Notes under the pieces: model-generated
What the model was told of the DNA's origin: nothing
Database searches by the model: none
Seen by the model: only the letters and a program-made list of their open reading frames with translations
Shown here: positions 49,943 through 63,126 of the stretch, in pieces
Layout of the letters: each line of letters opens with the position of its first letter
Numbering within the stretch: the stretch's first letter is position 1
Source: Camelus ferus
Taxonomy: Eukaryota
Assembly: GCF_009834535.1 (NCBI RefSeq)
Contig: NC_045696.1
Span: 68,698,001-68,762,000 of the forward strand
Length of the DNA stretch: 64,000 bases
Direction: 5' to 3'
Made by a program: the position numbers and the translations under genes

Positions 49943-50899
49943 GTGAGACCCCTGGTAGTCCCTAACTGGGCCAGGTTCTCTGCTAGAGAATCTGCTGAGA
50001 GTTAGAGGAGCCTGGATGAATTAGATGCTGTTTTAACTTCCCAGGCTGGCAGTCTAGTGAGGGAGACATACAGTGTTACAACATGAGGAATGGAGGTTGG
50101 GGGTGGTATGCTAGGTGCAGGCTGAGTAGCTAGACCTAGAAAGTACCTTGAGGAAAACTGAGGCTGACAAAGTGTGACTCAGCCAGACACAACCTTCCCT
50201 TTTCCTTTCTGTTCTCGAAGTCTTTAATGTTTCCACTAACCACTGCTCCAATGTCATCTTTAATTCAACAGGCAGAAAAGGGCAGAGACCCCAGAATAAG
50301 CATTAATCAGAGTAAGCTATAATTATATCCAAAGCTGAAGCATTAGAAATCATTGCCCAGTTCTCTAGGTAATGATCAAGTGTCTGGAAAATACGGGGTA
50401 TGCAGTAGGGGACAGTAGGAGGTGAAGTTGGAAGGTTGGATTGGGGTGAGATTCTGAAGGGTCTTGAAGATGCTAGAGTTTGGATTTTATCAGCAAAGGG
50501 TATGGGCAAGGGTGGGGGTCACTATCAGAGGTGGATGTGAAAAACAAATGAAAAAGGATCAAGAAATGATTACAACATCAAAACAACATGTTCTGGAATT
50601 TAGGGAGAACCCACAAACAATGCCATGGATGGGAAGCTATTCTCCTTTAAAAGTGGGGCTAGAAAACTTGGAGTCCTTCTGAGAGATCAAGTTTATTAAG
50701 GTTGTATCTGGTTCAAAAAGATGTGGAGACCTGAGAACCTACTCTCCAAATCCTCTCTGGCTTCCTGGAAGAGGCTTTCATCAAATCACTTTAGAGTAGA
50801 TTTTCTGTATTTTTGGTATTAATATAGTCTCGTGTTTTTAAAGCCAGTAATTCAACAAGAGTTAATGTTATATTAACCAGAATGTTTGATTAACAACAA

Positions 50900-51110
50900 T
50901 GTAGTGTGTTTGCAAGGTGCTTTTACACACGTAAGTTCATTCAATCTTTGAAACAATCCTATAAGGCAGGTATTACTATCCAATTTATAGGCAAAGAAAC
51001 AAATCCAAGAAGGTGAAGCAGTGCACCCAAGATTGTACAGCTAGTAAATGATGGATTAAGACTCCAAACCCATGTCTTGTGACTTTCAAACCTGTGCTTT
51101 TCTGGCTCTA
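50900..51110 (-). mobile_element. MIR SINE
   Basis: caaggtgcttttacac...caatcctataaggcaggtattactatcc...cccaagattgtacagctagtaa. Confidence 0.75.
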
Positions 51111-51336
51111 CCAAGCTGTTCAAAACTATTCCACCAGCCCCAGAATACTGCAGGGGCTTACAAGACCACTGCAGGATGGAGGACGGGGAGAGGCCAAATG
51201 AGTGGAAATGTGAACCCCTACCCTGATTAAACTCATTTTAAATGTTGAGTGTTACTGATTATAGATGTTGAGTATGCATCAAGTATCCCATTTACAGCAG
51301 TTTGGGACCTAAAAACTTTCTAAAATTGGTGCTCCA

Positions 51337-51553
51337 TGGCAGTTTCTCAGTTTCAGCACTATTAACATTTTGAGTCAGATAATTCTTTGCTGAAGAAAGC
51401 TGTTTTGAGAATTAGAGGATTTTTAGCAGTGTTCTGGTTTCTACTCACTAGATCCCAATGGCACCTCCCCTCCAGTTGTGACAACCAAAAATGTCTCCAG
51501 CAGTTACCAATATCCCTGAAAGGTGCAAAAATCTCCCCATTTGAGAACAATTG
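51337..51553 (-). mobile_element. MER20 hAT-Charlie element
   Basis: gcactattaacattttg...gataattctttg...agttgtgacaaccaaaaatgtctccag...ttgagaacaattg. Confidence 0.85.
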
Positions 51554-52262
51554 CTCTATGGAATGCTACCCTTCTTTGAATGTCCTGTGCTAGGAACTGT
51601 GAGAACTTAAGGACACTAAAGATCTAGTCCCTTAAAAAGAGAGATGAGCCTAGAAAAATAGCCATTGCACAAGGTGGAAAAGAGTAATGACAATAAAAGA
51701 CTTGACAGATAAAGAATGAGAAGAGGTAGAGTTGGTAACTCTAAGAAATGATGAGGGTTGGTCATCTAGACTGATGTATAGTTTCTGTAAATTCATTAAA
51801 AATGGAGCCAACATCTCAGAGTCGCAAGGATCAAGCAGGGAGTGTTCACTGGGACCCCAAGTGTTCATCACCTTAAATGGAGATATTTTTCAAACAGGTG
51901 AGTTATGTCTTCCAAACCCCAGGAGAAGATACATTCTGGGGAGGGGGCATTAGATTAGCAGAATCCCCCAGCCCATTCCCCTAGCTAATGCTGGCCATAA
52001 AAACATGATATTCTCAAATATTTGGGTTGGAAAGTGAACTTAGTAGAAGGAAAATGACCAAACATTGGCTTAATACAGCAGTAAGTTCCATAGATTTAAA
52101 CAAGACTAGATGAACTTCCTAATTGCTTTTTTCTCTACTTTTAAACATGTCAACCATCTAGAAATTTTGTCAGTGGAAACACTTTCCTTTATTGGTAGCT
52201 GAGACCTCAAGACCACAAAAATTACAATTAATTTTCTTTAGCTGTGACAATGACTTATTTTC

Positions 52263-52900
52263 TTTTTAATTTTTTTTAATTGAAGTATAATTGATTTACA
52301 ATGTTGTGTTAGTTTTTGGTGTACAGCATAGTGATTCGGTTACACATACACATGTATTCTTATTCATATTCTTTTTCATTATATGTTGTTACAAGATATT
52401 GAATGTAGTTCCCTGTGCTATACAGTAGGACCTTGTTGTTTATCTATTTTGTATATAGTAGTTAGTATCTGCTAGTCCCAAACTCCTAATTTATCCCTCT
52501 CACCCCTTTCCCCTTTGGTAACCATAAGTTTGTTTTCTGTCTGTGAGTCTCTTTCTGTCTTGTAAACAAGTTCCTTCATGTCATTTTTTTAGATTCCACA
52601 TAGAAATAATATCATATTATGTTTGTCTTTCTCTGTCTGACTTATTTCACTTAGTTTAATAATCTCCAGGTCCATCCATGTTTCTGCAAATGGCATTATT
52701 TCATTCTTTTTATGGCTGAGTAATATTCCATTATGTATATACACTACATCTTCTTTATCCAGTCATCTGTCGATGGATGTTTAGGTTGCTTCCATGTCTT
52801 GGCTATTATGAATAGTGCTACTATGCATATTGGGGTGCATGTATCTTTTCTAATTAGAATTTCTTCTGGATACATGCCCAGGAGTGGGATTGCTGGATCA
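52263..52900 (-). mobile_element. Camelid/artiodactyl-type L1 3' portion with 16-bp TSD
   Basis: TSD ACAATGACTTATTTTC (52247-52262) / ACAGTGACTTATTTTC (52901-52916). Confidence 0.92.
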
Positions 52901-55900
52901 ACAGTGACTTATTTTCATTATCCCCTCCTACCTCCACCTCAAGAATTGATTTCAATTCATATGCAATCATTTCTTGCAAGTTCTCCTCTTTTCAGACAGA
53001 TGCCAAGTCTGACTTGTTAGGACTCCTTTATCAAGATAATAAACACACAATAGAGGATTTAACTAATTCCTTTGCCCTAAATAAATTGCATCCCCCTGGC
53101 AAGGCAAATTAAGGAGTTGACATCAGCTACATTTTGTAGTGAAAAAAATGATACTTTTCAAGGAAAACAATAGAATCTGAAGACGTCTTCTGACCCTCAA
53201 TTAAGGACACTGCAATACATTTCTACCCAAAGCTTGGCCTTTCTGGCTGGAGGATATTTTGGAAACTGATCGATGGTTTCAATCCAGGGTGGTGAGACAC
53301 CTTCCTGAAAGCCCAGGGAGATGGAACTAGGCCCTCTGGAAGGGCAGCATGATCTTGGGTTCTTCCCTGGGATTCAGGAAATGCCTGTTCTAGTCCCAGA
53401 TCTGACACTAACTTTCAAATGATCTGGAGTAGACAGTACAATCTTTGAGCACTCTCTCTGCTCCAAAATTAGACTTGTGACCTCTGGGCATAGTAAAGAA
53501 GCAGTCTGCATGAGGCTGAGCTGCCTGCCTGAAGGGACCTCCAGTTCTTGTATCTCTGATTTAAACACATTTTTCAATTCCTTTAGAAGAAAGGATTAAC
53601 ATACTGAGCAGGGAGGGCATGAGATATTTCTTTGCTTGGGCCTGCACGGCCCAATTCCTTCCAGAATGTCATCTCAGCACTGGCACTGGCCTCCCCACAG
53701 AGGTTCCAGCAGCCGTGGGTCTGAGCAGTCCATCGCTGGCAGGACACTGCACTCTGTCGGCTGACAACCAGTGCCCCCGTGGAGACAGGCTCTGTGCCTT
53801 CCCCATATATGCCAGGCAGAGTTCCCCTACTGGACTCAAGATCTCACAGAATGTCAAGCCGCAGGGGCCCTCAGGAGACCCCCCTAGTCCCATGTTGTTG
53901 TTATTGTTTTTCAAATATTTTCTCCCCAGTGAACATTTCCTTCTAACAAATCTTCTACCAGGCTTGATATAGAAAACAGAAGTGGGGCTGAAGGTAGCTC
54001 AGAAGCTCACTAGCTCACTCATTCTCCTTGGTTCACCTGAAGATCACACCTTGCAGGAATTATAGCTTGAATATTGCCTAAGTTCCCCAGTTCAGGGACA
54101 AGATTAGTGCTCTCACCTGTGAGAAGCCTTCCAGTCAAAACCCACTGACTTTTTCTAATTGCATTCTTCCCCCTAAGCCTCCACTAGTAGAATGAGTGGC
54201 TTTCCTGGCTATAAATGAGAAGGTGGCTCTTCCCTTTTTGCCTGAGTAAAGCATGAGCATGCCATGTCATCTTTGGGTAAGTCAGCACCTCTTTCCAAAA
54301 GTCTGTTTTTTCATATGTTCCATGAGAGGGTGAGATGAGATGATCCCTGAAGTCCCTTAAATTGCAGAATTTTAATCCTAATTCTCCTTGCCAGAGCTTG
54401 CCAGATTACCCCACTAAGCCCTCATTATCCTAGTTAGGGTGATGCCAGGAAATGGTAATAATTTGTTACAATGGTGACTTCTCAAAGTTCCGTGGTCATA
54501 AGCACTCCATTAAGAGATGACAGTCTGGTGGGGATGCCTTAGTGACACATCATTTAAAGAAAACTTGTAAATGTATCATGCTAGCACTGTCCTTTTCCAA
54601 GGAACTTTAAATATCACTCATTTCCGTTTGATGGGATAATATCCTCTGTTTTAAGGCTTTTTCACTCTTTGACTGAATCCCCCTGGCAGGCCTAGGAGTG
54701 GGTTTAAAGGACCCTCCAGCTCACAGGAATCCTTTCCGACCCAGCCCCAGTCCACAGACTGCCCTTCCCATCCTGGCCCATCAGATTGATGATGACAGAA
54801 CTGCTGACACAGCACATCGGTAGCTTGAAGAAGAGCAGGACCCTAAGGCTGTGGTCCAGATGCTCTCATTTGATGAAAATTCCTCTCCAGCCTGATTTCC
54901 CGCAGTCATTGGTCTTCAAGGCACATGCACATCTGCACAACAGCATCTGCTTCCTTGGAATGTGGCTGCAGTGTGTGGATTCCTGCAGCGCACAGATGAG
55001 ACAAAGGAATCACAGCTGGTTAACACTGTAGGCAAGGGGCAGAGCACAGATGCTGGCCAGGCAGTTGGGAGGCCTGGATTCTTTGTCATTCTCTAAGTAA
55101 CCCTGGGCGAGTGACTAGTTTTAGAGAGGACTCTGTTTCCTCGTCTCTCAGATATGGAGGGTTGAACATGCTGCTCCCTAAGGCCCACCTAGTGTTGATA
55201 GTGTATGCACCTAAGACCTCAGGAATCGTGTTCAACCCCACGATCATCATGACAAGCCCAAGTCACACTGGGACCAGAATTTATATCTCAAAACTTTCAG
55301 TCTTTTCTTCTTTTAAAAATGTTATGCGACAGTGGAGTCCCATTTATGGATGCTTAGGTTTTTAAGTGTAATGTAATGTAAGTTAAGTGGAATGTAAGGC
55401 AAACACTGCCTATAGGCAAACTTATTCAGTCTCTTAAATATGGCAGAGCACGGTCTTTTAGAATGTCCAGAAGAGACTTTTTTCCCCCAGAAATGCAACA
55501 AGTTACAGTCCTTTTGGTTGAGTATCAGATGCAGTGGTCGACTTTTGCTGAGAAAGGAGCCCTGGAGCTATAGTTACTGAAAATTGTACTCAGAAACCAG
55601 AACCACCAAGGGAACAGCAGGTTCACATGTCCTATTTTCAAGTTCGCTTCATGGCATCTGTTCATTGGAAAAGGAGATAATAAAAACCTGCGTTTGGTAA
55701 ACGCAGTAAAACACAGATTTTTATTGTCTCTCCCTTTTTCTCCTTCTCTGATTGAGTGCGTGTAGCTCAACTGGCACCTGTTAAATGCTCATGTGATGCA
55801 ATGCCACTTTTCTCCCCTTAACCCCATAATCTAAATATATTCAACATTTCTTCCATTCTTTCCACCGTTAACCCCTTGTTCCAATTCTTATTCCTCTCAC

Positions 55901-56400
55901 CTAATTTATTGCAATAGCTTCCTAAATGTCTACCAGCTGTCAGTCTTTCCCCAGCCAGTCCCCCCTCTACATGTACCCGGGGAGATCTTCTTAAACATTG
56001 CTTTTATTATGCCACTCTCAAAACCTTTCGATGGTTCCCTGCTGTCTTTGGAATGAAGTCCAAGAATCCTATTGAAAACCCACCATAAGCTGGACACTGC
56101 ATCAAAGACAGGGCTCATGAAGATGAGTGAGACAGTACCTGCCCTCCAGGAATTTACAGATTTCATCATGTGTTATGAGACAAGTATATAATTAATAAGT
56201 TAAAGCTGGGCAAAGCAACATAAGGGTATGTGTGTAAGTTGTGGTGTGGTAATTTCTGGGTGTTGAAGAAAGGCTTTGGAAATAGTTGATATTTGAGATA
56301 AATCTCAAAGGGTAAATAGGAATTTAACAGTGCAATTTCCTAAGCTTTCCAATCTCCCTAAACATTGATTTTGTCATTGTTACCAAAAAAAGACGTTCTT

Positions 56401-56668
56401 TTGGGGGTTTTTTTGTTGGTTTTTTTTTTTTTTTTTACTTTTTTTTTTTTTTTTACCGCAGTGTAGTTGGTTTACAATGTTGCATTAGTTTCAGGTGTAC
56501 AACAAAGTGATTCAATTTTATATATATTATTTTTCAGATTCTTTTCCATTATAGGTTACTACAAGATACTGAATATAGTTCCCTGTGCTATACAGTAGGT
56601 CCTTGTTATTTTTCTGTTGTATATATAGTAGTGTGTATATGTTAATCCCAAACTCCTAATTTATTCCT
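56401..56668 (-). mobile_element. L1 3' end with long T-rich tail and 15-bp TSD
   Basis: TSD AAAAAAGACGTTCTT (56386-56400) / AAAAAAGATGTTCTT (56669-56683). Confidence 0.9.
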
Positions 56669-58509
56669 AAAAAAGATGTTCTTGACGATGTAGTATCTTT
56701 CTCATGGGTTATAGAGGGTTTAAATGAAATGACAGTGATGAGTGGAATCAGTACTGCAAAAGGCAATCATGCCTAATGTTTCAGAGATCAGGCTCTAGAG
56801 CCAGTGAGACCTGGAGTCAGGTCCTGCTTCCACTTCTTCCAGTAAATAAGGATAGTAATAATGCCTATCTCCTGGGCCTATTGTGAACCCAAGTAGGTAA
56901 ATGCTTTATTGACAGATGTCTAACACCTGTGGAATTAGCTCAGTGAGTAGTACTATAGTGGCAATGATGGCAAGGGTGTGAGCACTAATGAGCCTGCTGG
57001 TGTGATGGATGCTCAGTGAGTGTCAGTCTTCTCATCGGCTCTGACTCTACCACTAACTGGCTGTCTATGACCTTGCTCATGTCACTCAGTTTTTTCAGGC
57101 AATTTATGGAAAAAGTACTTTGAAAGGACAATCAAATGCAGGCAGTTGCTTATTTCTCCTGTGTGTTCACCTTGCGGTAACACACGTTTATGGCACTTTC
57201 TGATCTATTGCCTCCTGTGATTCTCATGGACTAGGGAGAGCAGGGATTATTACACATAATTTATAGGAAAGGACGATGAGCATCAAGAGCTTGAGCAGAT
57301 TTGTCCAAGTCTTTATAGCCAAGCCGGGTCTCCATTTCTGGTCTTCCTACTCCCAAGTCATGATCTTGTCTCTCCACTGGGCCCTTCTCAGAGCAGCTTT
57401 TATCCTGGTAGGGATTTTGATGTGCTTCCTGGCTATAAGGGAAATTTAGTAAAAGTTCATAAAACTGAAGGAACTTGAGGGTCCTTTTGTAGTCTAGAGA
57501 ACTTTATTTTATTAAATAAAGAACTTTCTTTTTTATCCTGACTTAGAGAGAAAAAAATATTTTACAAAAATAATAGGAAATGGAGTCTGAGCTCTGAAGG
57601 ATGGGAAAGTACTCTATTTTTAATCTGTTTGTGGTCCGCAAGTTCTAATGGCGAACTCAAGGTCATTGCACTAGACTGTCAGCCCCATGAGTTCAGGGCC
57701 TATGTCTGTGTTTATTTCTGGTAGTGAGCACAGTCCCGGGGATAGATCAGGAAAAAGCATGTATCTCCTGGCGGTGAGCATAAAGGAAAGGCCTCTGGTC
57801 TAGAAATTAGCCACTGACTCCTGCTGAGACAATGAGCAAGTCAATTTTCTGCTCTGGGCCTCCATTTCTCCATCTGCCCAACGAGGAAATTGGACTGGCT
57901 GGCCTCTCCAAGACCTTCCAGATGCTCCCTTCCCAGGCTTCATTGGGTCAGTCTGCATCCTGCTGTGTAACTGAGAGATAAGTCCCTCCCATGGCCCTGC
58001 TCCAAGACTGACTCCTCTGACCCCCGCTCCTAATTTCTGTGCAATGCTCTGTTTTTACTCAGAGCATGCCCTCGACCTTCAGCTGCTGCCACAGCTCTGC
58101 TCGTTTTCTGGGAGTAGACAGGAGGGCTTACCCCTGAAGGAAAAGAGAATTGGGTAAATGTTTCTCATGAATTTCAATTGTATTCCCTAGTGGAGTTGTT
58201 CCACTCCAGAGACACCAGGTCCCAAAACCAATTCTAGCTGATTCAGAAGAATCAGGAAGTGAAAATGAGCTTCAGAAAAGTGTAACGGAAGCTTATTTTA
58301 GGTAGCAAGTGCCAACAGCACAGGCTCTGTAGTGATAGAAAACAGAAGGAAGGTCCCAGCCCTGGGGCAGAGCATGGGGACAGGTGTAACCTGGTGTGCA
58401 AATCTGTGTGCTTATGTGTACACAGGTTGCTCTCAGACAAACCTTGGTAAAAAGCAGGGCTTGAGTTTACTTTGGCGTGCTCATAGAAGAAAAAGTAGGG
58501 AAGGGGAGA

Positions 58510-58990
58510 TATTTATTTATTCAACAAATATTCATTGAATGCCTATCATTCACTAGAGCTTGGGGTGTGGGGGTAATTAAGACAGAAACCCCTGTCGGCA
58601 GGGTATTTACATTACACTGGGGGGAACAGACAATAAACGCTAAATATAATTTACAAGTTAATTATACAGTGGTAGTAAGGTGATTCACAAAGAAATGAAA
58701 TAGAGCAGGGTAAAGAGGCTCACATGAGTTGGGATGAGAGTTACCACTGCAATATGTTGATCAAGGCGGTCCTTGTGAAAAGGGTGACATTTGAGGCGAA
58801 AATTAAAGAAATAGAGGAAGTCAGCCACTCTTCCTGGGAGCAGGAAGAGCCAGTGCGAAGGCCCTAAGGGGGGAAGTTCCTGGTGTGTTTGATGAACAGC
58901 AAGGACAGCAGTGTGGCTGGAGCAGGAGGACATGGATGGGAGGTGAAGACAGAGAGGCAGAGCTGGGAGCAGGAAGAGCCAGCCTGCTAG
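58510..58990 (-). mobile_element. L2a 3' portion
   Basis: tttattcaacaaatattcattgaatgcct...gggtgacatttgag...cagtgcgaaggccct. Confidence 0.8.
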
Positions 58991-59298
58991 CTAGGGCATC
59001 TGGGAAAGGGTCCCTGCTGAATGCTGATAGGCAATGGCAGACTTTACAGGCTGCTTTCACGCCCTGGTGTTATTTGACCTCCTGACTCTTAGAGAATAGA
59101 ATTAACGTCCACCTAGTACTAGTACTAGTCTGTGAAAATTGAGGCCTGAACATGTGCTTTAAATGATCAGCGAGGGGATCTGGACTGGGGGGTGGGTGGA
59201 GGAGGAGGTACTGCAATAGCACACTATTCACCATTCAGATATTCTAGACATTAGTAACCTCAGAACAGAAATCATAGTTAAATGATAGAACAGTTGCA

Positions 59299-59445
59299 CA
59301 GTGATGAGTTTTTGTATAATTTATTTCTTTTAATATAATTTAATTGTAAGTTTATGAAACTGAATTTTTCACGATGGCTATGTTTAACCACAGCATCGCA
59401 AAAATCTCTTGTAAGCTGATACGAGCCAGTTCCAGGGCACCATTG
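59299..59445 (-). mobile_element. MER63-like hAT-Blackjack element
   Basis: cagtgatgagtttt...ttaattgtaagtttat...tacgagccagttccagggcaccattg termini. Confidence 0.75.
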
Positions 59446-61756
59446 CCTGGTGAGGCTAAAGTGACACATATGAATGGCAGAGCGGTGACCAGAATCCAAG
59501 TCATCTGGTCCCTATTCCAGCTCTGTTGAAAATTTTCCACGGGAAGATTTGAGGATGTACACTGGGGCGAGGCAAGGGGCGGGGCAGGGTCCTGAGCAGT
59601 GGCTAACAGGCCAGCTCGCACATTCCTGGAAACTGCCTGGCGACACTGGCTCCTGGCGGGTCTGGGTCCCTTCTCTTCGCTCAGCACTTACTTAATCAGT
59701 GCTTTCACCCCAGTCCTGACTGTGACATACTGCTGGCCAGGCTGCCTCTGCGGCAGAGGGATACAACAAGGCTTTGTTTTTGCCTGTCCCCAGGCTAGTT
59801 TCCAGTCCTGAACAGTTTGGAATTTAGCCTCCCAGTCCCAGAGGGGATTTGCATGTGAATGGGCCTAGCTCTGAAGTCACAGAACGGGTGAGGTGGGGAG
59901 GCCAAGCCATTCCTGGGCAAATGAGAGTGAAGTCCTTCATGGCCCTCCTTCCCAACCGTGATTCCCAGACTCATCCCGCCCACAGCCCCCAGCCCTGCCC
60001 CACTGAAATGGTAGGCACTGCCAGTTTCCCACCTGCGGGATGCCTGCCTCCCAAGCTTGGGGCCACCCCTCCCCAGCCAGCTCTTTCTTCTCCCCACACT
60101 CTGCTGCCTGGAGACCATGTCCTTTTCTGCCCAGAGCCCTCCTAGCAAATGGGCAATCCCTCCTGGTAACAGTGGGATTCTTGGACTCTAAGGAGCTGCC
60201 AGCTGTGTCTCAGGCCTTACTCTGTTCAGGGAGTCTAGCATTTGCATGTACACAATACATACCTTCTTAGGGCCTCACCCAGCTCTATTAGCTCTGATTT
60301 TTACTATGATTAACAAACACACTGTATTGGGACTATCAGTATAACTGGGCCCTAATCCTGGCTCTGCCATTATCTGGCCATGTGACTTTCAGCCAGTTAC
60401 TCCACTTCTCTGAGCCTGTTTCCCCACCTCAGAAAGGAAAGAGATGCTCTTGATAGCCTTTAATGGCCTTTCTATCTCTGAACTCCCATGGTCGGTCCTC
60501 TGATTCCAATTACTGAGCCAGGGCTGGAAGTCAGGACATCTGGATTTTGTCTCATCTGCTACTCCTAGGCTATGAAACCTTGGGGTCTCGTGTCACCTCT
60601 CTGGTCCTGGAATCACAATGTCTGCCTAAAGTGCATTCAATGCAGGACTGCCGTAAGAAGCAAAGAAAAGAAAGAAGGTGAAAATATCCAGTCAACTGGA
60701 AAGTTCCACACAGCGGCAGGAGTTTGGGGGGAAGGACTCTACTATTACTACTGCTAATACAATATTATTATTGTTGTTGTTGTTATTATTATTATTTTAT
60801 GGCCAAATGACTTGAGCCTGCAGCCCCTCTCAAATGTGGCCAGCTTGAATCTTGACCCCACTAGCTGTGCTATTTTTACTTAAATGGCTTTCAAGAGCTT
60901 CCAAAATGCAGTACACACATGCACACACACGCACATCTCTATTTTCCCCTAGTCTCAGGTTCTTGTCTGGCATCTGGTACTTTTAATTTGCTCCTTCTCA
61001 AGATCTTTAACTCCAGTTTCGGCAGCTGGATAACGTAGCAAGATTGGCTGTTAACCCCTGGCCCAGTCCCTGTAGGGGACTCACTTGTGCTGAGGGCAAC
61101 TAGAAGAGCAATGGAGCACTCACTTGTGAGTCAGGAGTCCTGGGCCCAGTGCTGTCACTGAATCACTGGCCTAAATTTGCACATCTAGAGAAATCCTTTA
61201 AAACAGAGGAAAGTGTAAGGATTCCTAGATTTACCACTATTCCTTTATGGATGAAAGCTTTTAGAGATCCCTTACTCTAATCCTCTCAAAATTAGGGTAA
61301 CATCCTTTCGATGTGACCCACCTCCCAGGATTGTTAGGAGGCTTTTAAAGTGCACAGAGCCAAAGGGACCTAAGATGCCACCTGCTAAATGAGCCCGGCT
61401 GTGAGGACTCCCTAGGTTTCCTTCCTGCTCCGTCAGCCTAGGACCTCAGGACCTCATAAAAAGGGACGTCTGTGCTGGTGGCTCCAGTGAGATTAGGAAT
61501 GAAGGTGTGGAAACCTGGAAACAAGAGGGTATCCAGGGATAGTTTCAGTCTCCTATTCTTCTCCAAACATGTGAAATTACCCATGTCCCACTTAGCTAGG
61601 AGTCCAGAAAAGTGTCACCTCAGTTGGCTAAATCTCAGTTGTCTAAAATGGTCCTGTTTTTCTTACTAATCTACACAATGCTGACTATATTTCAGGTCCC
61701 TTTCTAAATATTTTACATATATTAACTTGTGTCATGTTCACAAAGTCCTATGGTTT

Positions 61757-62262
61757 TTTTTACACTTTTTTATTGAGTTATAGTCATTTTACAATGTTGT
61801 GTGAAATTCCAATGTAGAGCACAATTTTTTAGTTATACATGAACGTATATATATATTCATTGTCACATTTTTTTCTCTGTGAGTTACCATAAGATCTTGT
61901 ATATATTTCCCTGTGCTATACAGTATAATCTTATTTATCTATTCTACATTTTGAAATCCCAGTCTGTCCCTTCCCACCCCCCACCCCCTTGGCAGCCACA
62001 AGTTTATATTCTATGTCTATGAGTCTGTTTCTGTTTTGTATTTATGTTTTGGTTTTTTTAGATTCCACATATAAGTGATCTCATATGGTATTTTTCTTTC
62101 TCTTTCTGGCTTGCTTCACTTAGAATGACATTCTCCAGGAACATCCATGGAGATGGCATTATGTTGTCGGTTTTTATGGCTGAATAGTATTCCAATGTAT
62201 AAATATACCACATCTTCTTTATCCAGTCATCTGTTAATGGACATTTAGGCTGTTTCCATGCT
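61757..62262 (-). mobile_element. Camelid L1 3' portion of a different subfamily, inserted in a MIR
   Basis: attgagttatagtcattttacaatgttgtgtgaaattcc terminus; TSD TATGGTTT 61749-61756 / 62263-62270. Confidence 0.88.
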
Positions 62263-62322
62263 TATGGTTTATAAATACTGTTATTTTCACTGTTTTACAA
62301 ATGAAAGATCTTTTCTACAGAG

Positions 62323-62756
62323 TGTACTCATTCCCTAGGGTTGCCATAAAACTTACCATAAATTTGGTTGTTTATTACAGTTCTGGAGGGCAGATGACTG
62401 AAATCAAAGTGTTGGCAGGGCCATGTCTCCTCCAAAGGCTGTAGGGAAGAATCCTTACTTGCCTCTTCTAGCTGCCTGGGAGTTGTTGGCAATCCTTGGC
62501 ACGTCTGGCTGCGGCAACATATCTCCAATCTCTGCCTCTGTCTTCACACTTCCCTCTGTGTGTGTCTCTGTATCCAAGCTTCCCTCTTCTTATAAGAACA
62601 CCAGTCATTGGGTTAGGGTCTGCCCTAATCCAGCATCTTAACCTAACTGCATGGGCAAAAACCTATTTGGTCCTAGAAGGTCCTGAAGGTCAAGTCAGGT
62701 CCAAAAAGTTCAGACTTCAACACATCATTTTGGGGAATACAATTGAGCCTGCAACA
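62323..62756 (-). mobile_element. MLT1C-like MaLR solo LTR with 5-bp TSD
   Basis: TG...CA ends; TSD CAGAG 62318-62322 / 62757-62761; interrupts the same MIR. Confidence 0.85.
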
Positions 62757-62962
62757 CAGAGAGTTTAAATAATTTTCCCAACATCTACTAATCAGTGAAA
62801 ACTCATGTGCAATTTATAGAAACATGAGATCCCACATGATCCAGTCTCAGTAAAGGGTTACATCCAAAACACAGATACATAAACAATTGAAGTCAATTCA
62901 CAATTTGACTCACTGTCTTGAGAACCGAAAAAAAGGCGGAGATGTTCTTATCACAAACATTC

Positions 62963-63126
62963 TTTTTTTTTTTTTTTGAAGTATAGTCTAGACATGGAAA
63001 CAACTTAAATGTCCATCGACAGAAGACTGGGTAAAGAAGTTATGGTATATTTATACAATGGAATACTACTCAGCCATAAAAAAGAATGAAATAATCCCAT
63101 TTGCAGCAACATGGATAGACATAGAA
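62963..63126. mobile_element. 5'-inverted (twin-primed) short L1 insertion
   Basis: T15 plus 11 nt of minus-strand L1 terminus, fused to a plus-strand ORF2 C-terminal segment; degenerate TSD 62950-62964 / 63127-63142. Confidence 0.8.

Noticed and set aside
59113..59128. 16-bp palindrome CTAGTACTAGTACTAG
   Set aside because: Explained by a short tandem duplication of a self-complementary 6-mer; no supporting context.
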